DNA of 64,000 nt, from assembly GCA_035576005.1 (NCBI GenBank), contig DATLXH010000128.1, forward strand, positions 5,257 to 69,256. Reading direction: 5' to 3'. This document shows positions 63,463 to 64,000 of the stretch, piece after piece (within the stretch, counting starts at the first letter, position 1; each line of letters opens with the position of its first letter). The notes under the pieces are model-generated. The model ran no database searches. It saw only the letters and a program-made list of their open reading frames with translations, and was not told where the DNA came from. Position numbers and translations under genes: made by a program. This DNA is from Thermoanaerobaculia bacterium. GTDB lineage: Bacteria; Acidobacteriota; Thermoanaerobaculia; Gp7-AA8.

Positions 63463-63948
63463 TCAGGACTCGGAAGGCGGGTTTATTTTTCGATATCCGC
63501 TGCGAAAGTAGAGGAGGGGCTCGCCATCCCGCATCTCTGCGGCCGTTACCTCTCCGACAAAAATCGAATGGTCGCCGCCAGGCAGGGTATCCCTCAGCTG
63601 GCATTCGATGTTAGCCAGCGCACCATCGATGAGGGGTAAACCGAGCTCCCCCTCGTGGATGGGGAGATCGACGAACTTGTCTTCCGCTTTTGTCGCAAAG
63701 CGGTTCGAGATTGCCGTCTGATCCTCAGCCAGGATGTTGACTGCAAACTTTCCCGCCGCAACGATCGCATCGTGAGATTTGACGCTTTTCTCGACGCACA
63801 CGAGGATCAGCGGAGGGCGGAGAGAAAGCGAGGCGAAAGAAGCGACAGTCAAGCCGTTTCGCTCCCGTCCCGTCTGCGTGGTTACCACGGTGACGCCGCA
63901 GGCGAAATGGCCCATCGCCTGGCGGAATGCAGCTTCGTCAATCGGCAT
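63463..63948 (-). CDS. flavin reductase-like (NAD(P)H:flavin oxidoreductase, RutF/HpaC family) protein
   Basis: FRQAMGHFACGVTVVTT...NGLTVASF..SLSLRPPLI is the flavin_reduct domain signature. Confidence 0.8.
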   Translation of the reverse strand: MPIDEAAFRQAMGHFACGVTVVTTQTGRERNGLTVASFASLSLRPPLILVCVEKSVKSHDAIVAAGKFAVNILAEDQTAISNRFATKAEDKFVDLPIHEGELGLPLIDGALANIECQLRDTLPGGDHSIFVGEVTAAEMRDGEPLLYFRSGYRKINPPSES

Positions 63949-64000
63949 AGATGTCTCCTTCACGCATTTCTATCACAGCGGGAGGCAGGGAGGTGGAGGT

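Noticed and set aside
1-64000. CRISPR arrays and rRNA genes
   Set aside because: No regularly spaced short direct repeats with unique spacers and no rRNA-like conserved stretches were seen. All periodic repeats found are palindromic REP/MITE types.

Overview
High-GC (~63%) bacterial chromosomal segment. The gene content suggests an Acidobacteria-like soil bacterium: many lipoproteins and secreted proteins, and a Tat-less group-1h-type [NiFe]-hydrogenase. The left end (1..~4936) is the tip of an integrated element: cargo genes plus a large serine recombinase whose 3' end overlaps a tRNA-Gln(TTG) on the opposite strand. Housekeeping and accessory genes follow: KefB/C-like K+ efflux, oligopeptidase B, kynureninase, beta-carbonic anhydrase, class-A beta-lactamase-family lipoprotein, creatininase-family protein, EF-hand protein, HEAT-repeat protein and HD-GYP phosphodiesterase with paralogous N-domains, YceH/DUF480, response regulator, GT4 glycosyltransferase, BON lipoprotein, SGNH hydrolase, ABC-2 exporter, radical-SAM/SPASM enzyme, and a phosphodiester-glycosidase-family protein. 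The central block (39.5-54.4 kb) is an uptake [NiFe]-hydrogenase locus: small and large subunits, two maturation proteases, a CooC-like Ni-ATPase, a NifU/Rieske fusion, hypF, hypC, hypD, an SIS-domain gene and hypE. It is interrupted by an opposite-strand lipoprotein gene and a tandem array of four paralogous small membrane proteins. The right part holds a mer-like metal locus: MerR with a Tn21-like operator, a 47-aa Cys-rich peptide, a DsbD_2/CcdA-like membrane protein and an HMA periplasmic protein. Then come a glycoside hydrolase, a MacA-like adaptor with two FtsX-type permeases, and a flavin reductase. The window is densely seeded with at least four non-coding repeat/MITE families, several inserted precisely into one another or into a 23-bp REP-like palindrome. 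Two metal-handling genes carry in-frame TGA codons at the first position of expected Cys-x-Cys motifs; these are candidate selenocysteine sites or pseudogenes. No rRNA and no CRISPR array were seen.
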